Shown: positions 49,285 through 63,321, numbered from the stretch's first letter. The stretch: 64,000 bases of DNA from Trueperaceae bacterium (GCA_965213925.1 OZ243927.1:2976001-3040000); one strand, 5' to 3'. Numbers and translations are program-made. Notes: generated from the sequence alone by a model not told the origin.

Positions 49285-49446
49285 AGATGCCTCCTAAGGG
49301 GTGGGTTTCACATTTGATAGTACCTTATGAAGCGACGTTCGAGCTACGTTTAGGGTAAAGGTGGCGAGTTGATGAAAAGGGCAAGCAATAAGTCGAAAGC
49401 AACGAGCGATGAGGTCAAGAGGTCTACGCTTGCAGTAGAGTGAAGC

Positions 49447-50541
49447 GTGGCTAAGAAGTTGCGTCCCAAACGTCTTTCTAAACAGGTGTCCGAGTGTAAG
49501 AAGCGCCGCCCGGCTCCGAGCGTTCAGAAGAACGATGCGCGGAACTACGAAGCCGAAGTTTTAGAGGGATTGGTCCCTTTTGCGGCGCGCGAACTGGCAG
49601 AGGTCAAGGGTCTTCAGATCACCTCTCAAAACGCGGCCTCCTTGCAGTTCCGCTTTTCCGGGCCTCCTAAAGCGTTACAAAAGCTGCGTAAGGTAGTAGC
49701 GGTGTACCGCCTCGAGTCCTTCCCTATCCCCCGTCCCAAAGCACTTTTAGGTCACGAGCACTTGACGAGACTCCTCCAAGTCGTCGAAGAGGTCAAGAAG
49801 CAAGGCACGTTCTCGAGCTTTCGTATAGGCGCAGCGGGCAGCGACTCGGCGGTGTTCACGCGGCTCGCGCAAGAGGTCGAGAAAAGTGCAGGCTTACGCT
49901 TCGACGCCGAAGAGGGTGACTTGCTCCTGCGGGTGAGGAAGTCGAAAGAGGGTTGGGAGATTCTTACCAGAATCACAGCTAGACCGCTCTCGAGCCGTTT
50001 CTGGCGCGTTTGCAACCTAGCGGGCGGTCTCAACGCAACCTTGGCGGCCGCCATCATCGACCTCGTCGGCGCGAACCCGCAAGACAGGTTTCTCAACGCG
50101 ATGTGCGGCTCGGGGACACTGCTCATCGAAAGAGGTCTGAGCGGCAACGCGGCGCGGCTTGTCGGCTGTGATATCAGCAGCCAAGCGCTCAAATGTTCCG
50201 AAGAAAACGTGCGTGCGAGCAACCTCCCAGAGGTCGAACTTTTGCAGGCTGACGCGGCGAACTTGCCTTTCGAGGACGCTTCATTCGATGTCATCGTGGC
50301 GGACGTTCCCTGGGGCGACGCAGTGGGCACCCATAGAGGTAATGCCGAACTCTACCCAGCTTTCTTAAAAGAGGCGGCGAGAATCGCAGGTTCAGGGGCG
50401 CAGCTGGCGGTGCTCACCCATGAAATCAAACTTTTTGAGAGGGTACTCGGTGAGTTCCGACATGCTTGGCAGCTTAGGGATAAGGTGCGCGTGTTTCACG
50501 GCGGGCACTATCCGCGTATCTATGTGTTGACTCGAGCTTGA
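49447..50541 (+). CDS. THUMP/UPF0020-type RNA methyltransferase (TrmN-like)
   Basis: MCGSGTLLIE SAM motif, D.PWG, RPLS.R.WR. Confidence 0.8.
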   Translation: MAKKLRPKRLSKQVSECKKRRPAPSVQKNDARNYEAEVLEGLVPFAARELAEVKGLQITSQNAASLQFRFSGPPKALQKLRKVVAVYRLESFPIPRPKALLGHEHLTRLLQVVEEVKKQGTFSSFRIGAAGSDSAVFTRLAQEVEKSAGLRFDAEEGDLLLRVRKSKEGWEILTRITARPLSSRFWRVCNLAGGLNATLAAAIIDLVGANPQDRFLNAMCGSGTLLIERGLSGNAARLVGCDISSQALKCSEENVRASNLPEVELLQADAANLPFEDASFDVIVADVPWGDAVGTHRGNAELYPAFLKEAARIAGSGAQLAVLTHEIKLFERVLGEFRHAWQLRDKVRVFHGGHYPRIYVLTRA

Positions 50542-50728
50542 CAAACCTGCTTGAAGCCCCGTCTCCCAGTTGACGTACTGAGTACTCAACCTTGACACGC
50601 CTCACCTAGCGGCTTAAACTCATAAAGAATTCAATCTTTTAGAACGTGAAGTTTCAGGTCTCCTTTACGTAAGTGCCGTATTTATGCAAGTGCCGGAGAC
50701 GCCAGCGACTTCACCGAAAGGAACGCTT

Positions 50729-52021
50729 ATGAAGGCTGCCATAAAAAGAGCGGTGCTCGTTCTCGTCTTGCTCTCGTTCGGGCTCGCGCAGGCGCAGGAG
50801 TTCGACTGGAGGCAGTTCGAGGGGAGCGAAATCCGCTTCCTGATGAACAACCACCCCTTCACCGACTTTATCCAGCCGCTCGTGCCCGAGTTCGAAGAAC
50901 TCACCGGCATCAGCGTGACGATGGAGGTCTTTCCCGAGGACCAGTTCCGCCAGCGCAGACTTTTAGAGTCGAGCAGCGGCGCGAACACGCTGGACGGCTA
51001 CATGATCATGCCCGGTCAAGTCGGCGCGCAGTACCTGGGCGCAAACTGGATTCGCTATATCGACGACTTCGTGAACGACCCCAGCCTCACCATGCCCGAG
51101 CTTGCCGTAGACGACTTTTTCGAGGGAGCCCTCAGCACGTTCGAGGGCGAGCAGGGACTTTTCGGTCTGCCCTTACAAATTGAAGCGAGCCTGCTCTATT
51201 ACCGCACCGACCTCTTGGAAGAGGCGGGCTTAGACGGTCCCCCCACGACGATGGAAGAGCTTAGGAGCTACGCCCAAACGCTTAACCAAGGCGGCACGGC
51301 GGGCTTCGCGATGCGCGGCAACGGCGCGAGCGCGACGAGCCAGATCGTCAACTTGCTCTACTCCTTCGGCGGTCAGTGGTTGGACGAAGAGGGCAACTCA
51401 GCCCTGGCGAGCGAGGGAAGCCAAGAGGCGCTCTCGTTCTACGCCGACGTGCTCAGCAACTACGGACCGCCCGGCGTCACCAACATGTCATGGCCCGAGG
51501 TGACGAGCATCTTCGCCCAGGGGCAAGCCGCCATGATGTTCGACGCGAACGTGTTCCGCTCCATCATGGAAGACCCCGAGCAAGCGATTGAAGAGGTGCG
51601 CAACAACGTCGAATATGCGCCCTTACCCGAAGGTCCGGCGGGTAGCGTGCCCGCCGTACTCGTATGGGGCTTGAGCGTCAACCAAGCGTCGGAGAACCCC
51701 GAAGCGGCGTGGTATTTCATCCAGTGGGCGCTCTCGCAGGAGAAGCAATTGGAGGCGCTCCTAGCGGGCGTACCTGCGGCGAGGGAGTCGGCGTGGCAAA
51801 ACGCGGAGTTCCAGGAGACCGCGCCCGCAAGCTGGATCGAGGCGTCGCGGACCTCGTTTGACAACGGTCAACCTGACTGGAACCCGCCCGTGGTGCCCGT
51901 ACCCGAGGTGCGCGACGCCTACGGACAAGCGATCGTCGCCGCGCTCCAAGGGCAAGAGGTGGGACCGGCGTTGGAGAGGGCGAACGAGCAGATTAATGGG
52001 ATACTCGAGCGTCAGCAGTAG
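50729..52021 (+). CDS. Sugar ABC substrate-binding protein
   Basis: Signal peptide; LYYRTDLL, F..G.AAM, PEAAW.FI.W. Confidence 0.9.
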   Translation: MKAAIKRAVLVLVLLSFGLAQAQEFDWRQFEGSEIRFLMNNHPFTDFIQPLVPEFEELTGISVTMEVFPEDQFRQRRLLESSSGANTLDGYMIMPGQVGAQYLGANWIRYIDDFVNDPSLTMPELAVDDFFEGALSTFEGEQGLFGLPLQIEASLLYYRTDLLEEAGLDGPPTTMEELRSYAQTLNQGGTAGFAMRGNGASATSQIVNLLYSFGGQWLDEEGNSALASEGSQEALSFYADVLSNYGPPGVTNMSWPEVTSIFAQGQAAMMFDANVFRSIMEDPEQAIEEVRNNVEYAPLPEGPAGSVPAVLVWGLSVNQASENPEAAWYFIQWALSQEKQLEALLAGVPAARESAWQNAEFQETAPASWIEASRTSFDNGQPDWNPPVVPVPEVRDAYGQAIVAALQGQEVGPALERANEQINGILERQQ

Positions 52022-52106
52022 CCGAGAGGTAGCATCTATCAGTAAACGCTACCAGTCGACGGCGTTCTAATCATCGCTCAGTTCAAATTAGACATCTATC
52101 ACTACA

Positions 52107-52133
52107 TGGCGCTAGGCTTCGACCCTAGCGCCA
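52107..52133 (+). terminator. Hairpin after the binding-protein gene
   Basis: TGGCGCTAGG/CCTAGCGCCA. Confidence 0.55.
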
Positions 52134-52294
52134 CATTCTGCCAAAATCAAGGGGGTCTTTTGTATGACTCAAATCTTCTTTGGTCGCTCATTGGCGCTAT
52201 CACATAAGAGAAATAGACGCAGGGGTTGTCTAAAAGCCTATGGGTTAGATAGCGCTTTATTCATTTTGAGCGTTGATGACCAAACCATAGCTGC

Positions 52295-53164
52295 ATGAAA
52301 CGCGCCGCCGACTTCTTCGACCGCAACGCCCAGTGGCTCTTCCCCCTCCCGGCTGTGCTCGCCGTCATCGTCCTTATCCTCATCCCGATGCTCGCCAACT
52401 TCGGGCTTTCGGCGTACAACTTCTTCATCGGCTCCGCCCCGAACTTTGTGGGTTTGGAAAATTTCCGTGAAGCTTTATCTGATAGGCGCTTTTGGAACGG
52501 GCTCAGAAACACCTTCTATTTCACGCTCTTAGCCGTGCCGCTCCAGCTTCTTTTCGGCTTGGGCATCGCGCTCTTATTCAACCGCGAGTTCCCGGGTAAG
52601 GGGATCGTGCGCACGATCATCCTCCTGCCGATGGTGGCGACGCCGGTCGCGATTGCGCTCATCTGGGCGCTGATGTTCAACCCGAGCTTAGGCGTGCTCA
52701 ACTATTTTTTAGAGAGCGTGGGGCTGCCGCGCTCCTTGTGGGTGGCGAACGCGAGTTTGGTGATTCCGTCGCTCGTTTTAGTCGATGTGTGGGAATGGAC
52801 GCCTTTTATTGCGCTTATTCTCTTAGCCGCACTTCAGGGCGTGCCTTTGGAGTACTACGAAGCCGCCCGAATCGACGGCGCGAACGCCTGGCAGAGCTTT
52901 TGGTACATTACCCTGCCGGGTATTCGCGCCGCGATTGTCGTCGCGGTGATTTTGCGCAGCATCGACGCGCTTAAAACGTTCGATATCATCTACGTCATCA
53001 CGCAAGGGGGACCGGGCACCGCTTCGGAGACGCTCAACGTCTTCGCCTTTAGGACGGGTTTCGAGTTCTTCCGCGCCGGTTACGCCGCGACGCTCCTTAT
53101 CTTCCTCCTCTTTGTGGTGCTCGGCGTCTCGATCGTCCTCAACTTGATAAGGAGCCGCGTATGA
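52295..53164 (+). CDS. Sugar ABC permease
   Basis: FVGLENF, YEAARIDGA, GGPG. Confidence 0.92.
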   Translation: MKRAADFFDRNAQWLFPLPAVLAVIVLILIPMLANFGLSAYNFFIGSAPNFVGLENFREALSDRRFWNGLRNTFYFTLLAVPLQLLFGLGIALLFNREFPGKGIVRTIILLPMVATPVAIALIWALMFNPSLGVLNYFLESVGLPRSLWVANASLVIPSLVLVDVWEWTPFIALILLAALQGVPLEYYEAARIDGANAWQSFWYITLPGIRAAIVVAVILRSIDALKTFDIIYVITQGGPGTASETLNVFAFRTGFEFFRAGYAATLLIFLLFVVLGVSIVLNLIRSRV

Positions 53165-54039
53165 GTCAGCAGACGGGTCAGAGGGCACAAACCGTACCGC
53201 GTTCACAAGAGCGTACAAGAGAAAAGCGCATCCAGCAGGCACAGAAAATAGGAATTTACCTCCTCATGGCGCTCGTACTCATCGTCATGCTCTTTCCCTT
53301 CTACTGGATGGTCCTGACGAGCTTTCGGAGCCAGGTGGCGAACACGAGCCCGATACCCGTGTGGTTCTTCGTGCCAACCTTGGAGAACTACCAGAACGTC
53401 ATTCGCGGCAACAACTTCTTGGAATTCACCTGGAATTCGCTTATAGTGGCGACGCTAGCGACGGGCTTCGGCTTAGTGCTGGGCTTGCCCGCCGCCTATT
53501 CGATTGCCCGCTACAAGCAGAACGGTCTCGCGCTGGCGATTCTCGTGGCGCGTTTGACGCCCTACATCACCTACCTCGTGCCCTGGTACTTAGCGTTTCG
53601 AGCTTTGGGACTGATCGACACCTACGTCGCGCTGACGCTAACACACCTCATCGTGGGGATGCCTTTAATTATCTGGATCATGATTTCGTTTTTTGAAGAG
53701 GTGCCCATCGAACTCGAGGAGGCGGCGTACGTGGACGGCTCGAGCAAGTTGGGCGCGTTTTTCCGCATCATCTTGCCCCTCTCCGCGCCCGGCATCGTCG
53801 CGGCGAGCATCTTGTCGTTTATCTTCTCCTGGAACCAGTTTCTCTTCTCGCTGGTGCTCTCGGGACCGAACACCAAAACCGTACCCGTGGCGGTCTTTAA
53901 TTTCATTTCGTATGGGCAGATCGACTTCGGCGGTTTGGGGGCGGCGGCGGTCCTCATCACTCTGCCCGTCATCCTCCTGACGCTCGTCATTCAGCGCTAC
54001 ATCGTTACTGGATTGACGATGGGGGCGGTGAAGGGTTAG
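53161..54039 (+). CDS. Sugar ABC permease
   Basis: LEEAAYVDG, FSWNQF, GAVKG. Confidence 0.92.
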   Translation: MSQQTGQRAQTVPRSQERTREKRIQQAQKIGIYLLMALVLIVMLFPFYWMVLTSFRSQVANTSPIPVWFFVPTLENYQNVIRGNNFLEFTWNSLIVATLATGFGLVLGLPAAYSIARYKQNGLALAILVARLTPYITYLVPWYLAFRALGLIDTYVALTLTHLIVGMPLIIWIMISFFEEVPIELEEAAYVDGSSKLGAFFRIILPLSAPGIVAASILSFIFSWNQFLFSLVLSGPNTKTVPVAVFNFISYGQIDFGGLGAAAVLITLPVILLTLVIQRYIVTGLTMGAVKG

Positions 54040-54107
54040 AAACCTGGCATCAGTCAGAACCGTTCCTCGGGAATCCAACGTCACTAGCTCGACTGGATTT
54101 AGCACAA

Positions 54108-54142
54108 ATCTACCGACTTCTGAATTCTGACCACGGACTACC
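54108..54142. repeat. Degenerate heptamer array
   Basis: ATCTACC GACTTCT GAATTCT GACCACG GACTACC; GACTTCT is the reverse complement of the AGAAGTC unit at 24154. Confidence 0.5.
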
Positions 54143-54258
54143 GCTTTCCCCTTTGTTCGCCAGCGTTTTGCGTCCACTACACTTCTATGCTAAACTCTTT
54201 AGGTTTGCAAGTCCCCTGATGGGTATATCCCTAGACAGGTATTTTTCAGAGGTGAAAC

Positions 54259-54486
54259 ATGGCAAAAGTATGTGAAATTTGCGGCAAAAAGCCGATCATG
54301 GGCCGCGACGTGGTCCAGAGCGGTAAAGCCAAGCGCGAGGGCGGCGTCGGGCGCAAGACGACGGGCATTACCAAAAAGTGGAAGCTCCCCAACCTTCAGC
54401 GCGTCAAGGTCCACCGGAGCGGCAACGCGCACACTATACGCGCCTGCACGAGCTGCATCCGCGCGGGCAGGACGCTTTCGGTTTAA
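54259..54486 (+). CDS. rpmB: 50S ribosomal protein L28
   Basis: [19 protein letters not shown]. Confidence 0.95.
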   Translation: MAKVCEICGKKPIMGRDVVQSGKAKREGGVGRKTTGITKKWKLPNLQRVKVHRSGNAHTIRACTSCIRAGRTLSV

Positions 54487-54516
54487 TTGTTAAACAGCTA
54501 CGTGGCAGATGGAAGC

Positions 54517-54546
54517 CGAGGCTCGATGACTCGAGCCTCGATTTTT
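54517..54546 (+). terminator. Terminator of rpmB
   Basis: CGAGGCTCGA/TCGAGCCTCG plus ATTTTT. Confidence 0.7.
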
Positions 54547-54584
54547 GGTAGTGGCTCTGTCTGGAACAATACTGATGTCAAAGT

Positions 54585-54605
54585 AAGGGGTTTCAACCCC
54601 TTGTT
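54585..54605. repeat. REP-like palindrome
   Basis: AAGGGGTTTCAACCCCTTGTT; 20/21 identical to 32644-32664. Confidence 0.65.
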
Positions 54606-54763
54606 TAGCTCATGGGCAGAAGGAGTACACGGCGGCATTCGACCTAAAGCCACGACTGACTTTTTGCATCTCTTGAAGGCGCTTAAAGAGACGTCTCATT
54701 AGAAAGAAACACCCTCGTGATAGATTGACGATGTGAATTCTCATTTGACCGAGTTAGGGCGCG

Positions 54764-56212
54764 ATGGCTAGAGATATCACCGCCTTCGAGATTGTCTGGC
54801 GCAACCCCTGGGTGCGCGCCATCACCTACGCAGTGGCAGCGGCGGTCGTCTTTTGGCTGCTCTTCTGGGAAATCTTGCCGGGCGCGGCTACCGCGTTTCA
54901 GGTTGCGGTCATCGGTTTTGTCATCGCCTATATCCTCAACCCGCTCGTGATGGGGCTTAAACGCCTGCGCATCCCCCGGACGATCGCGGTCATCCTCGTT
55001 TATTTGGCGCTGCTCGCGGTGCTCGTGTTGGGCTCAGTGCTCATCACGCAGGTGGTCACCGACATCAGCCGCTTCGCGCGCTTTATCCCGGACGCATTGG
55101 AGAACATCACCATGCTTTTGGGGCAAGCGGCGGCGTGGTTCTCCGGGCTGAGCGAAAACGTGCCCGACTTTATCGCCAACCGCTTCAGCGACGGTGTAGA
55201 GACGGGCGGCGTAGAGACGGGCGACGCGACATTAGGGGAGGGTACGGGGCAAGACGCGGCGACGGACGCGCAGACGGGCGATATCGCCGAGCGCGTCGAA
55301 GAGGCGGTCCAGAACCTCTTGACGCAGGCGGCAACCTCGCTCGAGGCGGGGCTTCAAGAATTCATCAGCAACAGCGGCAACATCCTCCTCTCCGGCGGTG
55401 GTACGTTCATCTCCGGCGTGACCACGGTTTTCTCTACCACCTTCCAAATCTTTTTGATCCTCTTAGCGGGCGCGTACTTCCTCTACGACTTTCCCAAGAT
55501 CACATCGAACTTTCGGCGCTACGTGCCACTGCGCTACCGCCCTTTTTACAGCGGCGTCGCGCAGAAGGTGGACCGCACCGTCGGCGGCTATTTGCGCGGG
55601 CAGCTCATCGTCATGCTCGCGATCGGTATCTTGCTCTGGATAGGGCTGGAACTCGTCGGCGTGCCCTCCGCGCCCTCAATCAGTTTTCTGGCGGCGATTT
55701 TCAATATCATCCCCTACTTGGGACCGATCATCGGCGTGGTGCCAGCCGTGCTGCTCTCCTTCACGACGGGCGCACCCCTAACGACGGCGATTCTCGCTGT
55801 TGTCGTCTTCGTCGTCGCCAACCAGATCGAGGGCAACTTTCTCTCGCCCCTCATCTTGTCAAAATCGACGAACTTGCACCCCGTAACGGTCTTTATCGCC
55901 ATCATCGCGGGTTTCGGACTGTTCGGCTTAGTCGGCGGCTTGCTCGCCGTGCCGAGCGTGGCACTCGCCAAGGTGCTCGTCGAGTCCTACCTGCTGACCC
56001 GCCCGGCTTATACGGGCGAGGACAAGCGCGCCGAAGAGGTCGCGGGCGGGGCGGAAGATGCGGCGTTGACGGAGCGAGAACAGCGGATACAGGTCGCATA
56101 TGAGGCGGACGAAGCTAGGCAAGAGAACGAGGCAGAACGCGACGCCAAAGCGAACCAAGAGCGCCCTTCGCCGCGTGACAGAACCCGACCGGGCACCGAG
56201 ACGGGCGACTGA
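54764..56212 (+). CDS. AI-2E family transporter
   Basis: AYILNP, GYLRGQ, IPYLGP, QIEGN.L.P, LHP. Confidence 0.9.
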   Translation: MARDITAFEIVWRNPWVRAITYAVAAAVVFWLLFWEILPGAATAFQVAVIGFVIAYILNPLVMGLKRLRIPRTIAVILVYLALLAVLVLGSVLITQVVTDISRFARFIPDALENITMLLGQAAAWFSGLSENVPDFIANRFSDGVETGGVETGDATLGEGTGQDAATDAQTGDIAERVEEAVQNLLTQAATSLEAGLQEFISNSGNILLSGGGTFISGVTTVFSTTFQIFLILLAGAYFLYDFPKITSNFRRYVPLRYRPFYSGVAQKVDRTVGGYLRGQLIVMLAIGILLWIGLELVGVPSAPSISFLAAIFNIIPYLGPIIGVVPAVLLSFTTGAPLTTAILAVVVFVVANQIEGNFLSPLILSKSTNLHPVTVFIAIIAGFGLFGLVGGLLAVPSVALAKVLVESYLLTRPAYTGEDKRAEEVAGGAEDAALTEREQRIQVAYEADEARQENEAERDAKANQERPSPRDRTRPGTETGD

Positions 56213-56476
56213 CAAGTTCGCCATTACTTTGCTAAAGCGTCTGAACCAACGACTGAGTCTGTATCACGCAAATCTCAGCTCGAAGACCGGCCCGCTAGGC
56301 TTCGCCTGAGAGCGGGACTTCACCTTTGAAAGTGCGTGCTAGGTGGGTGCTCTCTATAGTGAGAGCTTTTATAACCAGATGAAAGTGCCCTGCTTTAGCG
56401 GGTATACCTGCTACACCATGTGTAAGTACTGTAAAGCACTTCGCTCCCTCCTCACCTAGACGCGGTAGACTGGCGT

Positions 56477-59380
<2,904 letters not shown>

Positions 59381-59534
59381 AGTAGGTCTAGCGGGCCAGT
59401 GGGAACGAAGTGACGCGGGACCACGCGACTGCATCTAGTCACGAATGCCCTCACGGTAAAGGACGTTGCTGAGCATTCACGTTAATCGATGCTACCTGCA
59501 CGACACAGTCTTGGATAAACCGCTATAATGACCC

Positions 59535-60140
59535 ATGACGGTTGAAGCAAAAGACCCCCTCGAGATGAGCTATGAGGCGTTTCTCGAGTGGGCGGATGAG
59601 GATATTTTCGCGGAATGGGTAGATGGTAGAGTCATCATCTTGAGCCCACCTTCGACCCGTCATCAGCTCACCGCTGTCTTCCTAAATGCGCTACTTAGCT
59701 ACTTCATTGAAGCGCGTCAGTTAGGTGTTTTGCTCTCCGCGCCCTATCAAATGAAGTTGGGTCCAGACTTACCAGGACGTGAACCCGACCTTCTCTTTGT
59801 GGCGAATGAGAACGTCAGCAGAATTCAGAAAAACTGCCTTGCCGGTCCCGCCGACCTCGTCGTAGAAATCGTCAGTCCTGAAAGCCGTACAAGAGACCGA
59901 AAAGAGAAATTTACCGAATATGAGCAAGCGGGCGTTAGAGAGTACTGGCTCACCGACTACGAGCGTGAGCAAGCGGAGTTTTACCGACTGGATGAACGCG
60001 GCGTTTATCAAGCTGCTGCGCTGAATGAAGGCGTATTTCGCAGTGAGGTGTTGGCGGGGTTAGAACTTGGCACCGCTTGGCTTTGGTAAGAACCGCTGCC
60101 ACCTCTTATGCACGTGCTCAAGGTGTGGGGCTTGGTTTAG
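59535..60140 (+). pseudogene. Uma2 family endonuclease with probable premature stop at 60087-60089
   Basis: EPD, DLVVEIVS, K...YE.AGVREYW; after WLW* the frame continues EPLPPLMHVLKVWGLV*. Confidence 0.65.
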
Positions 60141-60239
60141 CCGCTAAGCAAGTTAAATTCGTACACAGGCATTTGGAGAAGCCGGAGGTGGCGTGGCTGC
60201 AACGGCATAGGCACCCGGCTCGCCTGGAGAGGACACGCT

Positions 60240-61274
60240 ATGGAAGCGGTGATGAAGGTCGCGCGCGGCGCAGGTCAGGTCGAGCTGTGCAAGGTGGACG
60301 AGCCGGTTGCAGGACCGGATCAGGTGCTGATCGAGGTGGACGCGGCTGGCATCTGCGGCACCGACCTGCACATCTACCACGGTGAGTTCGCAACCCGCCC
60401 GCCTGTCGTCATGGGACATGAGGTCGCCGGGACGGTAGTCGCAGTCGGGGACGAGGTTGACGCCCTCGCGCTCGGCACCCGTGTGACGACCGAAACCTAC
60501 TTTTCGACTTGCGGTCGCTGCAGGCACTGCCGAGATGGAGCGCTCAACCTCTGCTCTCAACGTCGCTCGATCGGCTCGGCGGTGGACGGCGGCTTTGCGG
60601 ACTATCTGGTGGTGCCCGCAGGCAATGTGCATATCCTGCCCGAGAATGTTTCGGTAGAGGCGGGCGCGCTTACCGAGCCGCTCGCCTGCGTCGCCCACGC
60701 CGTGCTCACCCGCCCGACAATCCGCCCTAGAGACCTCGCCGTGGTGGCTGGTCCCGGTGCTATCGGTCTCCTCACGCTGCAAGTATTAAGGGCGGCGGGC
60801 GCTACTGTCGTCGTGCTCGGAACCGACGCCGACGCGGGAAGGCTAGACCTCGCCCGCGAACTCGGCGCAGACTACGTTCTAAATGTTCATTCTGAAAACC
60901 CTGAGCCGCTGCTCGAGGACCTGTCCCGACACAGTTACGGCGCGGACGTAGTTTACGAGTGCTCCGGCGCGGGAGCCGCCGCTAGCCAACTTCTCCGACT
61001 GGTACGTAGAGGCGGGCGGTACGTGCAGATCGGGCTCTTCGGCAGGTCGGTCAGCTGGGACCTCGACCAGGTCTGTTACAAGGAACTCGTTGTCACGGGC
61101 AGTAACGCCAGCACGCCCGAGTCTTGGCTTCGGGCGCTCGCCTTGCTCGAGTCCGGCCAGGTAAAAACCGAACCTTTAATCAGCAATCGCTACAGGCTCC
61201 GTGACTGGGAAGAGGCGTTCGAGGCGTTCGAGGGAAAGCGGGGGGTGAAACTCGTATTCACGCCTGGCGCGTGA
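60240..61274 (+). CDS. Zinc-dependent alcohol dehydrogenase (sorbitol/threonine DH-like)
   Basis: GICGTD, GHE, C-x2-C-x2-C-x7-C, GPGAIG. Confidence 0.9.
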   Translation: MEAVMKVARGAGQVELCKVDEPVAGPDQVLIEVDAAGICGTDLHIYHGEFATRPPVVMGHEVAGTVVAVGDEVDALALGTRVTTETYFSTCGRCRHCRDGALNLCSQRRSIGSAVDGGFADYLVVPAGNVHILPENVSVEAGALTEPLACVAHAVLTRPTIRPRDLAVVAGPGAIGLLTLQVLRAAGATVVVLGTDADAGRLDLARELGADYVLNVHSENPEPLLEDLSRHSYGADVVYECSGAGAAASQLLRLVRRGGRYVQIGLFGRSVSWDLDQVCYKELVVTGSNASTPESWLRALALLESGQVKTEPLISNRYRLRDWEEAFEAFEGKRGVKLVFTPGA

Positions 61275-61375
61275 AAGTATCTATTTGATGATCAATCGGA
61301 ACCCGTATTAACGCTAGCATACTGCCGATACGTTCAGCGCACAGCGGAAAAATTGGTACGTGGTTGGCGCACGGT

Positions 61376-61417
61376 AAGAGAAAAACGGCTCGCTCCGGAG
61401 CGAGCCGTTTTTCTCTT
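61376..61417. terminator. Bidirectional terminator (perfect 42-bp palindrome)
   Basis: AAGAGAAAAACGGCTCGCTCC/GGAGCGAGCCGTTTTTCTCTT between the ADH gene and the tRNA. Confidence 0.8.
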
Positions 61418-61434
61418 TTTTCACGTCTGTGACG

Positions 61435-61521
61435 TGGTGCCGAGAGCGGGACTTGAACCCGCACAGGGTTTCCCCCGACAGATTTTAAGTCTGTTGCGTC
61501 TACCGATTCCGCCATCCCGGC
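61435..61521 (-). tRNA. tRNA-Leu(TAA)
   Basis: GCCGGGA..ACAGA-CT-TAA-AA-TCTGT, long variable arm, GGTTCAAGTCC, encoded CCA. Confidence 0.97.
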
Positions 61522-61713
61522 GTGGCTAGTGGGTATCAAAGCCTATCTCCCGTTGGTCGGAGCTGGTCGGAACGAGGACGAAGTGACACCTAATATACCA
61601 CTGTCGGTGATACTATCTACGTGGCTCGCTTCTCAGTGATACCGCTAACGAGGCGGTGCGTCAAACAGTATACGTGCTAGGCAGAGGCGCGTCAACGCAC
61701 CCCTATCTAGCGC

Positions 61714-63321
61714 TCATGGCTGGTCGAAGTAGCGCCGCGCTGCCTCTTGGTCTCTTTGCGCTCTGCTCGTGTCCCACTCGAGCGTCTGGGCTAAAAGTTC
61801 AGACACGCGAGAAATCGAATTCCTCGTCGCTTCTTCGTCCAAAAAGCCGATGCGCGTGCGGCGTGCCAAAAAGTCGGTCGCGCTCCGCGCCCCTTCGTGC
61901 TTGGCGGAGTAGACGACTTCAGCCTCTAAGAAAGGTTCCCCGTGAACGAGCCGCTCGCCAAGTCCATTCGTCGCTAGCGCGGCGACGTTGCGCGCTCTGT
62001 CTCCGTAGGCGCGGTTGAGGTATTCGGCGACGTCGGCGGCGAGGTCGAACTCCTGTTGGAGCTTGCCGATGTCCGAGTCTGTAAACTTCTCCGCGCCAAC
62101 GAGTTTTAGCGTCTCAGTCTGCGATTCGCGCTCAGGCTTTAAGCTACCCAATTTCACAGCTTCGTTGACGGCGTCTAGCCCCATCTTGCGGTATGAGGTC
62201 CATTTGCCACCTGCGATGGTCAGGAGCCCCGAGTCGCTGATATTGACGACGTGGTCACGCGAGAGCCCCGCCGTATCGGACGCTTCGGGGTCGGAAACCA
62301 GGGGGCGCAGACCAGACCAGCTCGCGAGCACGTCCTCACGCTCGACGGGCACGTCGAAGTAGCGTTCGATGTGGTTGAGGATGTACTGGATATCTTCTTC
62401 GCTGGGCTTGGGGTTGTCCTCGACGTCGGCGGGCTTGTCCGTCGTTCCGACCAAGGTGTGGTTCAGCCACGGGAGCAAAAAGAGTACGCGCCCGTCGTCC
62501 GTTTCGGGGATGAGCAGCCCCGTCTCGGGCGGCGAAAAACGCTCGTCTAAAACGATGTGCACGCCCGAACTCGCCTCTAACATCCCCTTCGCGTCGGGGT
62601 CGTCCATATGGCGAATTTTATCGGTAAAGGGTCCCGTCGCGTTGACGACGACTTTTGCCGACGTCTCCCATTCGTCCTCACCGAGCCTGTCGCGCAGTTT
62701 GACGCCGCTCAGCTTGCCGTTCTCCTTGGTCAAACCCGTGACCTCGACGTGGTTGACCACAGCAGCGCCTTGCTCGACGGCGGTCAGCACGATTGCCAGG
62801 TTCATACGGGCGTCGTCGAACTGTCCGTCGTAGTAGACGACTGCGCCGCGTAAACCTTCACTCTTGAGCATCGGAAACTGCTTTTTAGCAGCCGTCGGTC
62901 CTAAAAAGCGGCTCGGCTGCAAATTCGCTTTGCCCGCTAAGCGGTCATAAATTTTGAGTCCGGTGGTGATGTAAGGAACCTCGAACAGATTATAAATTGG
63001 CGTCAAGATAGGTATCGGTCTCGCCAGATGCGGCGCGATTTTAAGGAGCACGGCGCGCTCTTTGAGACCGTCACGCACGAGGTTCCACTGGGTGCGGTCG
63101 AGGTGCTTGATGGCTTTTTCCAAGTAGCGCACGCCGCCGTGGATGAGCTTGGTGGAGCGGCTGGACGTGCCTGCGGCGAAGTCGTCGCGCTCGACCATCG
63201 CCACATTTAGACCGCGCGTCGCCGCGTCTAAGGCTACACCTGCGCCCGTCGCCCCGCCGCCAATCACCAACACGTCGAACGTCTCGTTCTTCAGTCTTTC
63301 CAACTGCGCTTCGCGGTCCAT
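61714..63321 (-). CDS. glpD: FAD-dependent glycerol-3-phosphate dehydrogenase
   Basis: IGGGATG, GTSSRSTKLIHGGVRYL, SGLRPL, GGKWT. Confidence 0.95.
   Translation of the reverse strand: MDREAQLERLKNETFDVLVIGGGATGAGVALDAATRGLNVAMVERDDFAAGTSSRSTKLIHGGVRYLEKAIKHLDRTQWNLVRDGLKERAVLLKIAPHLARPIPILTPIYNLFEVPYITTGLKIYDRLAGKANLQPSRFLGPTAAKKQFPMLKSEGLRGAVVYYDGQFDDARMNLAIVLTAVEQGAAVVNHVEVTGLTKENGKLSGVKLRDRLGEDEWETSAKVVVNATGPFTDKIRHMDDPDAKGMLEASSGVHIVLDERFSPPETGLLIPETDDGRVLFLLPWLNHTLVGTTDKPADVEDNPKPSEEDIQYILNHIERYFDVPVEREDVLASWSGLRPLVSDPEASDTAGLSRDHVVNISDSGLLTIAGGKWTSYRKMGLDAVNEAVKLGSLKPERESQTETLKLVGAEKFTDSDIGKLQQEFDLAADVAEYLNRAYGDRARNVAALATNGLGERLVHGEPFLEAEVVYSAKHEGARSATDFLARRTRIGFLDEEATRNSISRVSELLAQTLEWDTSRAQRDQEAARRYFDQP

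Noticed and set aside
55135..56103. 322-aa Arg-rich ORF and similar long shadow ORFs (16-642, 32606-33349, 28436-29149)
   Set aside because: Alternative frames of well-supported genes in GC-rich DNA.
59400..61521. Island integrated at tRNA-Leu
   Set aside because: No integrase and no convincing duplicate of the tRNA 3' end.
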